Part shown: positions 1 through 12,299 of the stretch, piece by piece
Layout of the letters: each line of letters opens with the position of its first letter
How positions within the stretch are numbered: the first letter of the stretch is position 1
Assembly (NCBI RefSeq): GCF_000315625.1
Contig: NW_005434650.1
Coordinates: forward strand, 697,303 to 761,302
Length of the DNA: 64,000 nt
Reading direction: 5' to 3'
Source: Guillardia theta CCMP2712
Lineage: Eukaryota > Protista > Cryptophyta
Translations under genes and position numbers: made by a program
Notes under the pieces: generated by a model
What the model saw: the letters and a program-made list of their open reading frames with translations, nothing else
The model's database searches: none
What the model was told of the DNA's origin: nothing

Positions 1-2560
1 TCATCGAAGGTCAGCGAGTCACCGTGTCGCCGTCTTTACTGCGCGCGACGATCCCTGCAGTCGAGAAGGGAGGGGACGGTAGCAACAGAGGGAGATGGGG
101 GGAGGCAGGACAGGGAAGCCAGAGAAGAGAGGAAGGAGACGGGGTAGGAAAAAAGGGTGAGGAAGGGAAGGAAGTGAGAGGGAGCAGAGGGAGGGAGACG
201 GAGGGAGAGGGAGCAGAGGGAGGGAAGTTACGCACGAGGTTCTCCTGCGATCTCTCGCACGAGTAAAGTTTCGTCTTGCTCTCCAAGTCCCACACGATCG
301 CAGCTGATGACAGAAGTCTCACCTCCTCTGTACAGCTGATCCTCCTCTCTCCTCTTCCTTCCACCTCTTCCCTACACCCACCCTCCTCGAGAACTCTCTC
401 TCCTCCTCTCCTTCCGTCGCATCCTCCCCCTCTCCTCGCTCGCCTCTCCTCACCTCCCCTTTCGTCGGTGCTGATCAGGATCTGAGCGTCTCTGCAGAGC
501 TCTAGGCTGAGGATGCGACCCTCGTGCGCCCTGAATGTATGCATGGCGTTCACCGTCCCCTCGCTGCCAGCCTGTGGAGTCTTCAGGGCGAGAGGGAGGA
601 GGAGGAGAGGAGCAAGAATTGGGGGGGCGGGGTGTGTGCAAGATGAAGATACGAGGGACGGAGTGATGGAGCAGGAGGAGCAGGAGAAGGCATTACAGAA
701 AAAGGGGAGTGAATGTAGAAGAGAGATGAAGGAATTCCGAGGGAGAGGAGGAGGAAGTGTGAAGGGAAAAGAAGGAAGGGAGGGAGAGGGGAGGAGGGGA
801 GGGAAGCAAGTAAGAACGGAGGGGGAGGAGGAGTGGAGGGACCTTGTAAAGTCTGACGGTCTTGTCTGAATGCCCAGTGACGATCAGGGACTTGGAGAAG
901 GAAACTTTCATCGCGCGGATGGGAGCGAAACAATTTATGCTCCTGGAAGAGGGGAGGAGAGAGAGAGGGGAGGGGAGGAGGAGTGACAGTGAGGTGGGCA
1001 CAAAGGTCAGAGAAAAGACGGAAAAGGAGGAAGGAGCAAGAAACGCAGGAAGAAGGAGGGGAAAGAGTTTAGAGGACAAACCCAAAGAGGGAGGAGGACT
1101 AGAAGTAGCGGAGAGAAACAATTGGAGGGTGCGAAGGGGGTTCTATGAGGGTGAGCGAGAAGGGGGGAGGGGGGTTCTAAGAGGGTGAGCGAGAAGGGGG
1201 GGAGGGGGGTTGGAAGCAGAAGCACCTCAACATCTTTCCTGACGCAGCATCCCATACGATGAGCATGCAGTCGTCGGACGCCTGTAGAGTTGTCAAAGTC
1301 TTTTTCCTCCTTAGTTTGACCTCTCACGCTGTAAAGCTCCTTGTCATCCCCGGCCACTGACCTCACGACACCTGTCAAACCCTTAGCTGCTGCCCTCTAG
1401 ACGCACAACCAGATTCCCTTTTCTCCTCCTCCTCCTCCTCCTCCTCCTCCTCCCTCCCTCCCTCCCTCCCTCCCTCCCTCCCTCCCTCCCTCCTTCCTCT
1501 TTCATCCCCTCTCTCCTCCGCTTTTTTCTCCTCCTTGTCATCTTCTTCTCACTCGTGTGGCCGCCCAGGGTCTTCAGCAGCGTCCCGCTGGCAAGTTCCC
1601 ACACCTTGAAGGCTCCATCGAATCCTGAGGCAGCAAAGATTTACCTTCACCTTTTCCTCTACCCCTCTCCTCACATTGCTTTCCCATACTTCTTCCTCCC
1701 ACTCTTCCCCTTCCCTCCTCTCTCCTCCCCTCATCCCTTGCCGCCTCCCAACTCGCCGACATACCTCCAGACAGCAGCTTGTCTTTGGTGACAAACACGC
1801 TAGACACAGCGTTTCTATGCGCTTCAATCGAAGTTTGCCTCAGGTACCCCTCCTTCCACCCCTTCCGGACCTGGTCCAATGCCCTCCTGCGCACCTCCGC
1901 AACTCTCTCCTCCTCCTCGTCTTCGGCCGACTTTCTCTTCTCCTCTTTCGCCTTGCTCGCTTCAACGACGTGTTTCACATCCTGCGAGCTTGTCTGCTCT
2001 GCCTCCTCCTCCCCCTTCGCCTCCTCCTGAGATTCTGTACGAAAATATCAGTAGGTTGACCCAAGAAAGGAAGTATTTCGCAAACCTTGCAAGAGCTGAC
2101 CCAACCTCTGAATCCTCGAGACTTCGATCCTGGCAGAGAAATGTTTCTTCATGGAGGGGACTTGCTTCCTTCCTCTTCCCTTCACTACCCATCCATCGTC
2201 ATCGTTCCCCTCCTGTTCCCCGGGATCAAAAGAGTCTGCGTTGAAAGCGTGTTCTTCCGCAGTATCAGCGTCCTCTTCCTGAGGAGCGTCTTCTGTCGGG
2301 AGCGAGACGCCAGCATCTTCATGGACTTCTCTGTGAGCTTGCGAGCTGTCTTCATCGGGAGACTCCCCATCCTCAGCATTGAGGATCGATTCAAGCTCGA
2401 ACAGGTTTCTTCGGAACTCTTCTTCAGACGCGATTTTGATCTCCTGCTCCTCTAGCAGCCTCTGCCCACTCTGCTTCATGACCTTCAATGTCTCTATCTG
2501 CCTCAGCTTCTTCCGCAGGGTGCGCGCCTTCTTCGACATGGCCAACATAGTCTCCACCAT
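1..2560 (-). CDS. WD40-repeat protein with N-terminal PYM/eIF2A-like coiled-coil (multi-exon; 3' end runs off the window)
   Basis: Exon fragments: KKARTLRKKLRQIETLK..GQRLLEEQEIKIASEEE (2048-2560); IEAHRNAVSSVFVTKDKLLSG; KVWELASGTLLKTLGGHT; VVRSVAGDDKELYS; LIVTGHSDKTVRLY; HTFRAHEGRILSLELCRDAQILIST; AIVWDLESKT. The fragments are separated by GT-AG introns filled with purine/pyrimidine microsatellites. Confidence 0.8.
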
Positions 2561-3439
2561 TTTTCGTCCTGAAGAAACCGAGGATCATAGTCAGGTATGT
2601 TCACCCAAAACTCCTCAACCCGGGAAAAAGCCTTCCGAAACTCTCTATCATCAGCAACGATTTCTCCATCACTATCACAAATTTTCATTGCTACATCACA
2701 ACAAATCCTCTCCTTGCTCAAATTCGAACCACATGTTTGTCATGGCCGCCGTGCCCCCCCCTTCTTCGTTCCCTCATGGGATCTTCGAGCCATGTTAACT
2801 ATCTACTCGATCCTCTTCCTTTCCTCACGGCTCTCCCTCCGATCCTCCCTCCCTCCCTCCCTCCCTCCTCCCTCCTTCCCTTCCCTCCCCCCCGGCCGTG
2901 TCATCCTGTGCATGCTCTTTCTCAACACCTCACCACCCCACCCTACGTCGCACAACTGAAGTACCTTGACATCATGACCAGGGGCGCATTGGGGCTGAAC
3001 GCAATCCGAAGATGACCCCCTTGAAAAAGTATCCACCCTACAATTTAACAAACAAAATTGCTCTTTATGAGTGGTACTTTTAAGGGTTTCATGTACCCCC
3101 CACCACCTATTTGAAAATACTACCGGTGATTGTGAGCGGGTACCCTCGCGTTTGAAAAAAGAATCTTGTAAAAGGAAGTGAGCATAACAGGAAGAGGACC
3201 GACTGACGGATCGATGGGGCTAGACATGCATGGAAAGAAGGAGAGGAGGAGAGAGGAGGAGAGAGGAGGAGAGAGGAGGAGAGAGGAGGAGTGAGGAGGA
3301 GAGAGGAGGAGAGGAGGATTGATACATCAACAGCATGGTGTGAAAATTTCATGCAGGAGGAATTGGTTCCCCTGCCCGCCTTGTAAAGGCGACGATCTTA
3401 TCAACAGCCTCGATGATTTAAAAGGCCAGAGCGCACAGG

Positions 3440-5061
3440 ATGGATGCCCCTAGCGGAACCTACGAGTGGGATATCTTTCTTAGCTTTCGAAGGTGTTGGT
3501 GAGATTTCCTGCTGCAAGTTATGAACTCCTGTCGCAGGACAGGATACAACAAAGAGGAGGAGATCGCAGAACGGATATATGAAGAGCTGACGGTAATGAG
3601 AGGAGGAGAGTTTCCTCTCTTGTTTGTTCTGATGCCAAAGAGCAGAGGAAGGGGCTCCGAGTGTTTCACGTGCCCCGATGCCTGGGGGAGCGGGAGGACA
3701 GGCATGGGAGAGACTGGGACAGGAAATATCTGAAAGCTCTTGCGAACTCACTCGTCGTCGTGCTGCTGATAACGCGAGAGACGTTCACAGGAAGAGAATT
3801 CGACATGAAGAAGTACGTCTGGAGCTCGAAGCAAGACGAGCTGCTAATGGAGTGGGAACTTGTGCTAGAGCTGTACGATCGGGGGAGGACGAGGGAGATT
3901 CTCCCGTGCCTCATTGGTGAGTTCTGTTGGGAGGGCTGCTGGGCATGATGGCTGTGCGTGCAGGCGACCTGACGACTCTGAAGAAGCAGAAGGCAATGAG
4001 CAGGATCGTCGACCGTCTCGGGCTGAAGAACTTGGACGAGAGGGCTATGATAGCCAGGATGCGGGAGCTGTTCAACTACGTGGATCGGGACGGGTCGGGT
4101 TTCATAGATGAGGAGGAGCTGCTGGAGGCTTTCACCAAGTTCGGGGTTGAGATCTCAAGGGAGGAGCTGTCGGAGAGGCTTCAGGAGGTGGACGATGGGA
4201 ACTGCAAGCTAGACGTGTTCGAGTTTGAGGACCTCCTCTTTGCTGTGCTTGAGGACAAGGCGGGAATATTCTTCGATGGGAGGAGGGAGAAGGGCGGCAG
4301 GAAGAAGCAGCAGCCTCCTGCTTCCTCCTCTTGCCCCGAGGAGGACGATGACGAAGAGATCTTCACTAACTTTGAGGAGTCCCGCTGCATGCCTCCGCTC
4401 CCCAACATCACCTCCCTCCAGTCCTCTCGGCGAGTCGTAAGCTGGCTGCACACCTTCCTCAAGTACAAGGAGGGGGTCGTCCTCTGGCGAGCTCCCCACT
4501 GCCGCCCCCTCCCCACGGTGGACAACGTGGAGGGAGGACGGACCATCAGGCAGACAGTGGATGCGATCGTTGGGTTCAAGAAGTACCTCGTGCAAGGCAG
4601 GAAGCAAGTCGCTTTGCAGTTCCTCGACAAGTATGTCTACGACGAGTTCGTCTCCTCTATCAACCTCTCAAGGGTGGAGGGGGAGGACGCCGCGTCCTCC
4701 CTTGCCGCCATGACGGGCAGGAGCAGGTGCGCAGTCACGGGACAGAGAGCCTCGTTGCGCGACCCCATCACGTCGCAGCTAGTGAGAGACATGAAGGTCC
4801 TGAAGATCATCAGGAAACAGTACTTCTTCAACAGTAAGAGCTGCTCCCCCTCAGTCCTCGTGGAGGAGGACGGGACCAGGATCACCTGCGCTGGGTCGGG
4901 GGGGGAGAGCGTCCTCCTCGACCCTCCCATCGCATCCTCAGGAGTCTCCTATGTGGACCTACAGCTCCAGAACATCGGTCAGGTCCCCTACATGTACGTC
5001 GGCATCTGCTCGCCGATTGTCAACAGCACGGGAGAATGGAGCGGTAAATGTTGCTTTCGTA

Positions 5062-5116
<55 letters not shown>

Positions 5117-5795
5117 TTCCCATCTCTCCTGCTCTCTCCTCTCGTCCCCTTCCTTATTCCTTCTCCTCACTTGCCACCCAATCGCCCTCCTGAAGCCTCC
5201 AACAGCTCTTCTCGACGAGAGCTCAAAACTTCTCGCGCTGCAGGACGGCAGCAAACTAGAGGGAGGAGAGAGGCAGGCGTTCCTGCATATCAAGGTGAAG
5301 GCCTATGATCGTGTGTCCGTCCTAGTGGACATGGACAAGGAGACATGCGAGATCTTCCTAAACGACAAGTTCCTCGGCGTCCTCTGCACGCGCATCGACC
5401 GGCCCTCCTACTTCGTTGTCACCCTCGGCTGGCCGCGGCAGAGGGTTGAGATCATGCGCAAGCAGTACGGATGTTGCTACGGTGTGTTGCAAGGGGGATG
5501 ATGATATTGTTCCAGGTACCTGCTCACTCTCGCAAAGCAAGTCAGGTCACCGTTCCTCGCCCTGTCTAAGGAGGAGGTACAGGAGAAGATCCGTTCTATC
5601 TTCCTTAGAGGAAGCGTCTCCTTACATCACAGCATGACGTACGAGGCCCTGAGAGAGCTGCTCAGCCTGCAGTTCGGCGTTCAGCTGAGCAACCTCGAGC
5701 TGCGAGATGTGATCTCGGAAGTCGATAGCGACAGAGATGGGAATATCAGCCTCGACGAGTTCGAAGCTTTCATACTTTACCTCTCATCACTGTAG
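3440..5795 (+). CDS. TIR-domain protein with EF-hands, YL1-C-like motif and SPRY/B30.2 domain
   Basis: Manual splicing (introns ~3493-3537, 3593-3645, 3917-3963, ~5044-5206, ~5466-5516) gives MDAPSGTYEWDIFLSFRRTGYNKEEEIAERIYEELTRKGLRVFHVPRCL..DWDRKYLKALANSLVVVLLITRETF..QDELLMEWELVLELYDRGRTREILPCLIGD (TIR). It continues with EF loop DRDGSGFIDEEE, CAVTGQRASLRDPITSQLVRDMKVLKIIR (YL1-C), YMYVGIC..YDRVSVLVDMDKETCEIFLNDKFLG (SPRY) and a C-terminal EF loop DSDRDGNISLDE. Stop TAG at 5793-5795. Confidence 0.8.
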
Positions 5796-6239
5796 ATAGC
5801 CTCTTCTATGTATATTAGACTTCTTCAGCGTTTCTTTCTCCATGTGGCTCAAAGTTCAGTCGTCAATGTTGTTCTTCACTGTCCTCCTCCTCCGCATCTC
5901 CCGATAACGCTGAGTGACGTCGGCACTGAAGTCTCCGGGCCCCGGTGGGGGCCGGGGCAGGAGACCAGGCTCACCTCATTGGGGCAGTAGTTTTTAAGTA
6001 GTAGGATTGTATCCTTACGAAGAAGGCAGCAGGTCGAGGAGAAGAGACCAGTCGGGCAGACGGGAAGCGAGAATGGTTTCTTGTGATGATGAGGAGAGCA
6101 GGAGATATAGTTGACAAGAGCATGCAGGACAAGCATGTCCTTCCTTGATCCCTCCATGTGATCTTCTGCCGATTCCTCTCGTGTCCCCAAGAAACTGGTT
6201 TGACTTACAACTGCGATCGATACCTGAGTAGACAGAGTA

Positions 6240-9200
6240 ATGAACATTTTCGTCGTCGTCGCTGTTGCGCTGAACGCAGTCAGCATGGCTTCGGCTTCTA
6301 CTGTGAGGGTGGAGCTGTCACAAGAGTCTTCGTCGGCCACTATCAGCAACGGCTTCGTGAAATTTTCTGTGTCGACGGGACATCATGATTCTGACCATCA
6401 GAACTTCGGCCTACTGAGGTTGGGGCTCCTCCCTCTTCCTCCTCTTCCGCGCTGTTCATCGTCCCCCTCGTCCTCGTCCTCGTCTTTGTCGTCCTCTTCG
6501 TCTTGGTCCTCTTCCTTGTCCTTGTCCTCGTCGTCCTCTTCGTCTTGGTCCTCGTCCTCTCCTCGTCCTCCTCCCCATTCTCCTCGTCCCGTTATCCTCT
6601 TTTTGTTTTTGACTTTGGCGTCTTGCAGCATCTTTTCCGACTCCTCGGGTGAAGGGAATTTCGCGGGAAAGAGCAGCCTGCTAGCTCGTCCGCTGAGACC
6701 TCTGGTGTACTGGAGCAGGTCGATCATGATGGAGTACGTCAGGCCGCAGAAAAACTTGCAGATCAGTAGGGGGAACGATGGGAGCGAGGCTGTGACGATG
6801 ATGTTTCTTGCGTCGAATACTGTTGATGGCTACAACCTGACGATTTCTGTAATTATCACATGTCCCTTGTAGCTTGACCTTCTGTTCTCATGCTACGACA
6901 TAGATCCTCGTTTGCACTCTTACACTCCTCCCTCCTCCTCTTCCTCCCTCCTCCTCTTTCCTCCCTCCTCCTCTTGCTCCCTAGCTCCTTACTCCCTCCC
7001 TTCCTGGCTCTTCTTCCCTGACTTGACTTCGGGCAGATGTCCTGGAGGTTCTCCCTAGCTCCTCGCTCCCGTCACATCCAGTTCCAGTCTCGGGGAGACG
7101 CCGACGTGCGCGTGCGAGGGTTCTTGTTCGATGTCAAGCTCAGGCCCATCAGCATCACCGGGGTCTACTCAGGTGGGATCAGGGCAGATGCTAGGGTTGG
7201 TCACTGGGGCAGACAGGAGGGATCGAACAGATGATGCAGCAGAACGACTGGCAAGCGTATTTCCCGTCCAGTGATGACCTGTTGGAGGTGTTTGCGGCAG
7301 GTGAAGAGAGGCTGGGAAGGAAGCAGGATGGACTGGATAGATGAGAAAGGGAGTCAGAAGGGGAGGAGGGGGAGGAGGGGAGGAGACTTGAGAGGAGAGG
7401 AGAGGAGAGGAGAGGAGAGGAGAGGAGAGAAAGGAGAGGAGAGGAGAGGAGAGGAGAGGAGAGGAACAGGCTGGANNNNNNNNNNNNNNNNNNNNNNNNN
7501 NNNNNNNNNNNNNNNNNNNNNNNNNNNNNNNNNNNNNNNNNNNNNNNNNNNNNNNNNNNNNNNNNNNNNNNNNNNCAGAGCAGAGCAGAGCAGAGCAGAA
7601 CGCAGAGCAGAACGCAGAGCAGAGAAGAGAAGAGAAGAGAAGAGAAGAGAAGAGAAGAGAAGAGAAGAGAAGAGCAGAGCAGAGCAGAGCAGAGCAGAGC
7701 AGAGCAGAGGAGACTTACCGCGTGACGCCCAAATAAGACCTGAAAGAGAAAGTGAGAGGGGTAAAAGAGAAAGAAGAGGAGGAAGGGCAGAGAGCGAANN
7801 NNNNNNNNNNNNNNNNNNNNNNNNNNNNNNNNNNNNNNNNNNNNNNNNNNNNNNNNNNNNNNNNNNNNNNNNNNNNNNNNNNNNNNNNNNNNNNNNNNAG
7901 GAGAGGAGAGGAGAGGAGGGAGGAGGGGAGGAGACTTGAGAGGAGAGGAGAGGAGAGGAGAGGAGAGGAGAGGAGAGGAGAGGAGAGGAGAGGAGAGGAG
8001 AGGAGAGGAGAGGAACAGGCTGGAGAGGAGAGGAGATGAGGAGGGGAGAGGAGAGAGGAGGAGAGGAGAGGAACAGGCTGGAGAGGAGAGGAGAGGAACA
8101 AGCTGAGGAGGAGTGGGTTGGAGAGGAGAGAGAGGAGGTGTGTTCCAATCACACTCATCTGCTTCCCGCAGGACCGAAAGATTTCGGTTGCATCGAGATT
8201 ATCAGAGAATCATCTCTACGTGTGAGAGAAGGTCGGCATGTCAAGGTTTCACTTGTCCTCCTCATGGTCAAGGGCAGGAGACGCCTCCAACTTCTCCACC
8301 TGCCTGTTCTCCTCCACAGGAGCGACAGGACTGCAGGAGATTGTCGTCGGGCGGTTGAGGTAGCGGCGGGTTCCTCGAAGACTCGCTGGATGACGTCATA
8401 GCAGGTCTATGGATCGTTGGGGAAGTTGCGATGTTGTGGGAGAAGATTTTGTCTGCAGCCAACCTCCCTGCTCCACTGTCTTCTCTCATTCTTGGCTGGT
8501 CTATCCCAACGATCTCAGCTTTCCTGTCTCTCCTGTACTGGACCATCTGAGGAGGACGGAGGAAGTCCACGGCTTCGTGGAGTTTGAAGACAACGAGTTC
8601 TCCACACTTTCTTCTCGTGAACTCTCTACCGCTGCAATCAGCATCTACACAAACTTGATCGGGATTCTCAACACTCATCGAGGTTGTCGAAATGTTTGTA
8701 ATACTAGCATGACAAGGACTGACTGCCAGCAGGAACCATCGTTGATGGTGAGCAGATCGATCAGATTGCAACAGGGATCAAACACCCTGACCGGGGATAT
8801 CACGACATGTTCAACTTCTTCGACCCTGACAGCTACTTCTCCATCCAGGTTTGTGAGATGATGATGTCTGCGGTGAATGCACACATGGCAGGCCCTGCTG
8901 TTGTCAGGCAGTCGATACGTTCACGAACAAGTCCGCAGGGTGATTGAGAGAAGGAAAGAAAGCGTTTGCTAGACGTCAGAGAGTGAGTTAGTGCTTACAG
9001 CGGTTCTTGCATCTGCACGAATTCCACGCAAGAATGCTCGAAAGGACAAGTAAGATGTGGGAGAGAGGGAGAGAGAGAGGGAGAGGGGGGGGAAGAAAGG
9101 GAGAGAGGGATAGAGCAGAGCAAAGGAAGGGAGAGAGGGGGAGAAGGAGATGGAGAGAAGGAGGAAGAGGGAGGGAGACGTAGACGGAGATGGAGATGGA

Positions 9201-12194
9201 GACGGAGACGGAGACGGAGACGGAGAGGGAGGAAGGAGCGATTGAAGAGAGGGAGGGAGGAAGAATCAGCCTCATGGATTGATAGTTTGCTTTTCAGATC
9301 CCTCATCACTTTGTAAAGGACCAGCCATTCTTTCGAGCCATATCGGGAGAGGTTGGAATGTCACAAACCTGTCAGGGTACTCTGATTCTGCTCAACAGAG
9401 GCAAACTGGACCTAACGTCTTCTGGATCCTTACATGTACAACATCCTTGCCGAGGCAACATGTTCAAGATGATCTCTTGGTCCGCAGCCATCGAGTTTGC
9501 GAAAATCTCTGCAAACTACACGTGGATCTCGTCCCAACTCCCTCTCCTCCGAGACGCCCTCCAGTACCTCCTCGACGGCCTCGACCCTGTCTGCTCTCTT
9601 GACGTCCCACCAACATGGTGCTGACGTGGCAGGGGCAGGAGGAGAGTTTGATGTGGGCGGACGGCAGTCTGATGATCGACACGTTCAGACGTGCTGGTTT
9701 CACGTCTGATACGAATGCGATCTTTGTCTACCTGCTCAACGAGTTAGGTAGGAGCGAGAGAGTTGTTGTGGGTGATGATGAAGATCAGGACGTGGAAGAT
9801 GTTGGGTTTGTTATCGTTGGTGTTGAAGTTGTTTCCTGACAAGGATGTCGAGATTGTTTTGTTTGACATGATTGTTTCACACTGTCTTCTCTCTCTTGCA
9901 GTCACTCTGATGACCGTTAGCGCTCTTTCGAGTATCCTTGATGACTTGTGATTCCCAGCTGACGTCGAGCTCAAGTTCGGAGATAAAAGACTCTCGAGCC
10001 AGTTGAGAGCTCTCAGCCTGAACATGAAGAAGTCGTTCAACTTGAGGTTGTGGCGAGGTGAAATCTCCTCCTCCTCACCCCTCTTCTGCTTTCTATCATT
10101 CCCTTTCATCCCCTCGCTCCCTCCCTCCTCTTTCTCACTCTTCTATCCCTTCCTCGCTCCTCCCTCCTCGCTCCTCCCTCCTCCCTCCTCCCTCCTCCCT
10201 CCTCCCTCCTCCCTCCTCCCTCCTCCCTCCTCCCTCCTCGCCTCCTCGCCTCCTCCCTCCTCCCTCCTCCCTCCTCCCTCCTCCCTCCTCCCTCCTCCCT
10301 CCTCCTTCCTCTGTCTCACTTTCTCTTCTATCTGTCTCCAGACGATCACTTCGTGACGAGCGTCGACCGTCAAGGTATCGCGAAGGAGACGTCTATCACC
10401 TCGTGAAGCAGCGCAGGAAATTTCATCGACCTTGTTGACTATGACGCGAACTTGATGGCCGTCGCTCTCAACTCAACAGACTCCCAAGACAAGGACGAGA
10501 AAATCCTTGACAGGAACAGCTCGTGCTGCTGCTCGTGCTGCTGCTTCACCTCCTGCCCCTCCTGCACATCCTCCCCTTCCTCCTGCAACCGCTCCTCCCC
10601 GTGCTGCTGCTGCTGACTTTGCTGCATTTCTTGCTTTTGCTTCTGATCCAGTCCTGATCATAGTCCTCCACTTTATTCTCCTCCCCTCCACGCTCCTCCT
10701 TTTGCTGACCCTGCTGCTGCTTCAGGATCGACTCTAACCCTCTGGCTGCTCGGGTGCCAACATGGGTAAGTGAGACGATCTATGAGGGAGAGATGAGCAG
10801 GTAAGCGCTCCTCCTCCTCCTGCCTCCTCCTGCCTCCTCCTGCCTCCTCCTGCCTCCTCCCCTCCTTTCCTTCCTCCTCCTCGTCCCCATCTTCCCTTCC
10901 CAATGATCTCTGCGACTTCTCCACTGACCTCCTCGACTTCTCTCCTTCTCCTTCCCCCTTATGCTGCCCTCCATATGTGTTGCCAACGCTTGTCCCAGGC
11001 CAGAGGGAGGGACGGCAGATTCAGTCTGTGGGATGGCCAGGTACCAGCATGCTGCTCCTTCTCCCTTCCTCTCTCCTCACTGAGCTGTAGGATTGCCTGG
11101 TTCAACGCACTTGCAAGGAGGAAACTTGACGGCCCTCGCAATTTTCGCTTCTTCCTCCAGAACCTGCTCTTGAAGATCTCAGCAGACTTGATGTAATGAT
11201 ATCACTCTCCTTCTCTCCCTCTTTTCTTGTCCTTTGCCCTCCTATTCGTCCTCCACCTCCCCCCCCCTCCCGCCCCTCCCCCCTTCCTCCTCCTCCTCCC
11301 AATTCACCATCTCCTCCTCTTGTCCTCCTCATGACCTCTTCGTCTCCCCGACGCAACAACAGGGAGCACACTTGGCTGCCGGAGAGATACACTATCGACG
11401 GCTCCCCTCAGGTACTGCCAGCTCGCACTTTCTGTTCCTCACGTGGGGACAAGCTGGACAGAACAGGCTTCTACTTCGAGTATCCTGCCGTCCTCCTCCT
11501 ACTCCTCTACAAGATTCTTCTCGGCATTGAGTTTGGGTTCAGCTACGGTATGAAATGGCTCCAACATATCCTCCCTCCTTGCTCTCCCCTCACGTTCCCT
11601 TCTCCTCTCTGCTCCTTCCCTTCCCCTCCGCATCTTTTCAGTTCCTCATTGCTGCTGCTGCAGTCGCCGTCCGCCCATGGGCTGTGAGAAAGTTTCGGAT
11701 CGCACTCGGGGGCTTCAAGGTACATTTCCTTCGTTACCATCATGTCAAGATTACAACATACACGCACGGTGAGTCACCATGACTTCTAAAACTTCCTCTC
11801 ACACTCCTCCTCCTCCTCCTCCTCCTCCTCCTCCGCCAGGCGCGACTTCCTTCCTTTTCTCGCACATGGCAGACCCACACAAGCCTCTCAAGTTCGTCGT
11901 CTCTTCCTACTGCCCTGGACAATCGCCCAGCAAGATGCAGCAATGCACCGATGAGCAAGTGAGCCCTGCTCCTCCGCTGTGTTCTTGTGGGCTCCTTCCA
12001 TGCTCTTCATGACTCGCTGCTTCCTCCTTGGCTCCTCCTTCCTCCTTGACCTTGCATGGCAGGGAGATCTTCAGTTTGTTCTAGATGTCCCTCAGTGCCT
12101 GCCACCGAGAGTGCGAGGACGAGCCGTCTTCTCCGACGAGGATCATGACCTGGCGACCGTCGCCGCCCATGTCCTGCCTGGAGCTGTATGCTGA
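6240..12194 (+). CDS. Secreted six-hairpin (alpha/alpha)6 glycosidase-like protein, family unassigned (many exons; spans two assembly gaps)
   Basis: Signal peptide MNIFVVVAVALNAVSMASA. Conserved-looking exon blocks: GYHDMFNFFDPDSYFSIQ, IPHHFVKDQPFFRAISG, QTGPNVFWI, GSLMIDTFRRAGFTSDTNA, DDHFVT, VDYDANLMAVA, RIAWFNALARR, WLPERYTIDG, RTGFYFEYPA. The fold call comes from pattern recognition, not a search. Confidence 0.6.
7385..8135. repeat. Intronic (GAGAG)n/(AGAAG)n/(GCAGA)n pentanucleotide microsatellite complex with two 100-N gaps (7476-7575, 7799-7898)
   Basis: Directly visible tandem repeats flanking the N-runs. Confidence 0.95.
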
Positions 12195-12299
12195 AAGACA
12201 CGGGGAGAAGCTGAAGGAATAAGTGGAGGCAGCAGAAGAGGAGGAGGAGGCGGGCGGGGAAGGGGAGGGGGGGGGCAGGTGGGGATACGAGAGGTTTCA

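Noticed and set aside
5063-5116. Poly-Leu stretch in ORF 3927-5501 as a transmembrane helix (which would make the TIR protein a receptor)
   Set aside because: It is a (CTGCTC)n repeat within an in-frame intron (donor gtaaat at ~5044, acceptor ~5206) that splits the SPRY domain.
7385-8135. (GAGAG)n/(AGAAG)n arrays as telomeric or mobile-element sequence
   Set aside because: They are internal to an intron, of mixed unit, and recur in many introns. No terminal repeats or transposase; true length is unknown because of the N gaps.
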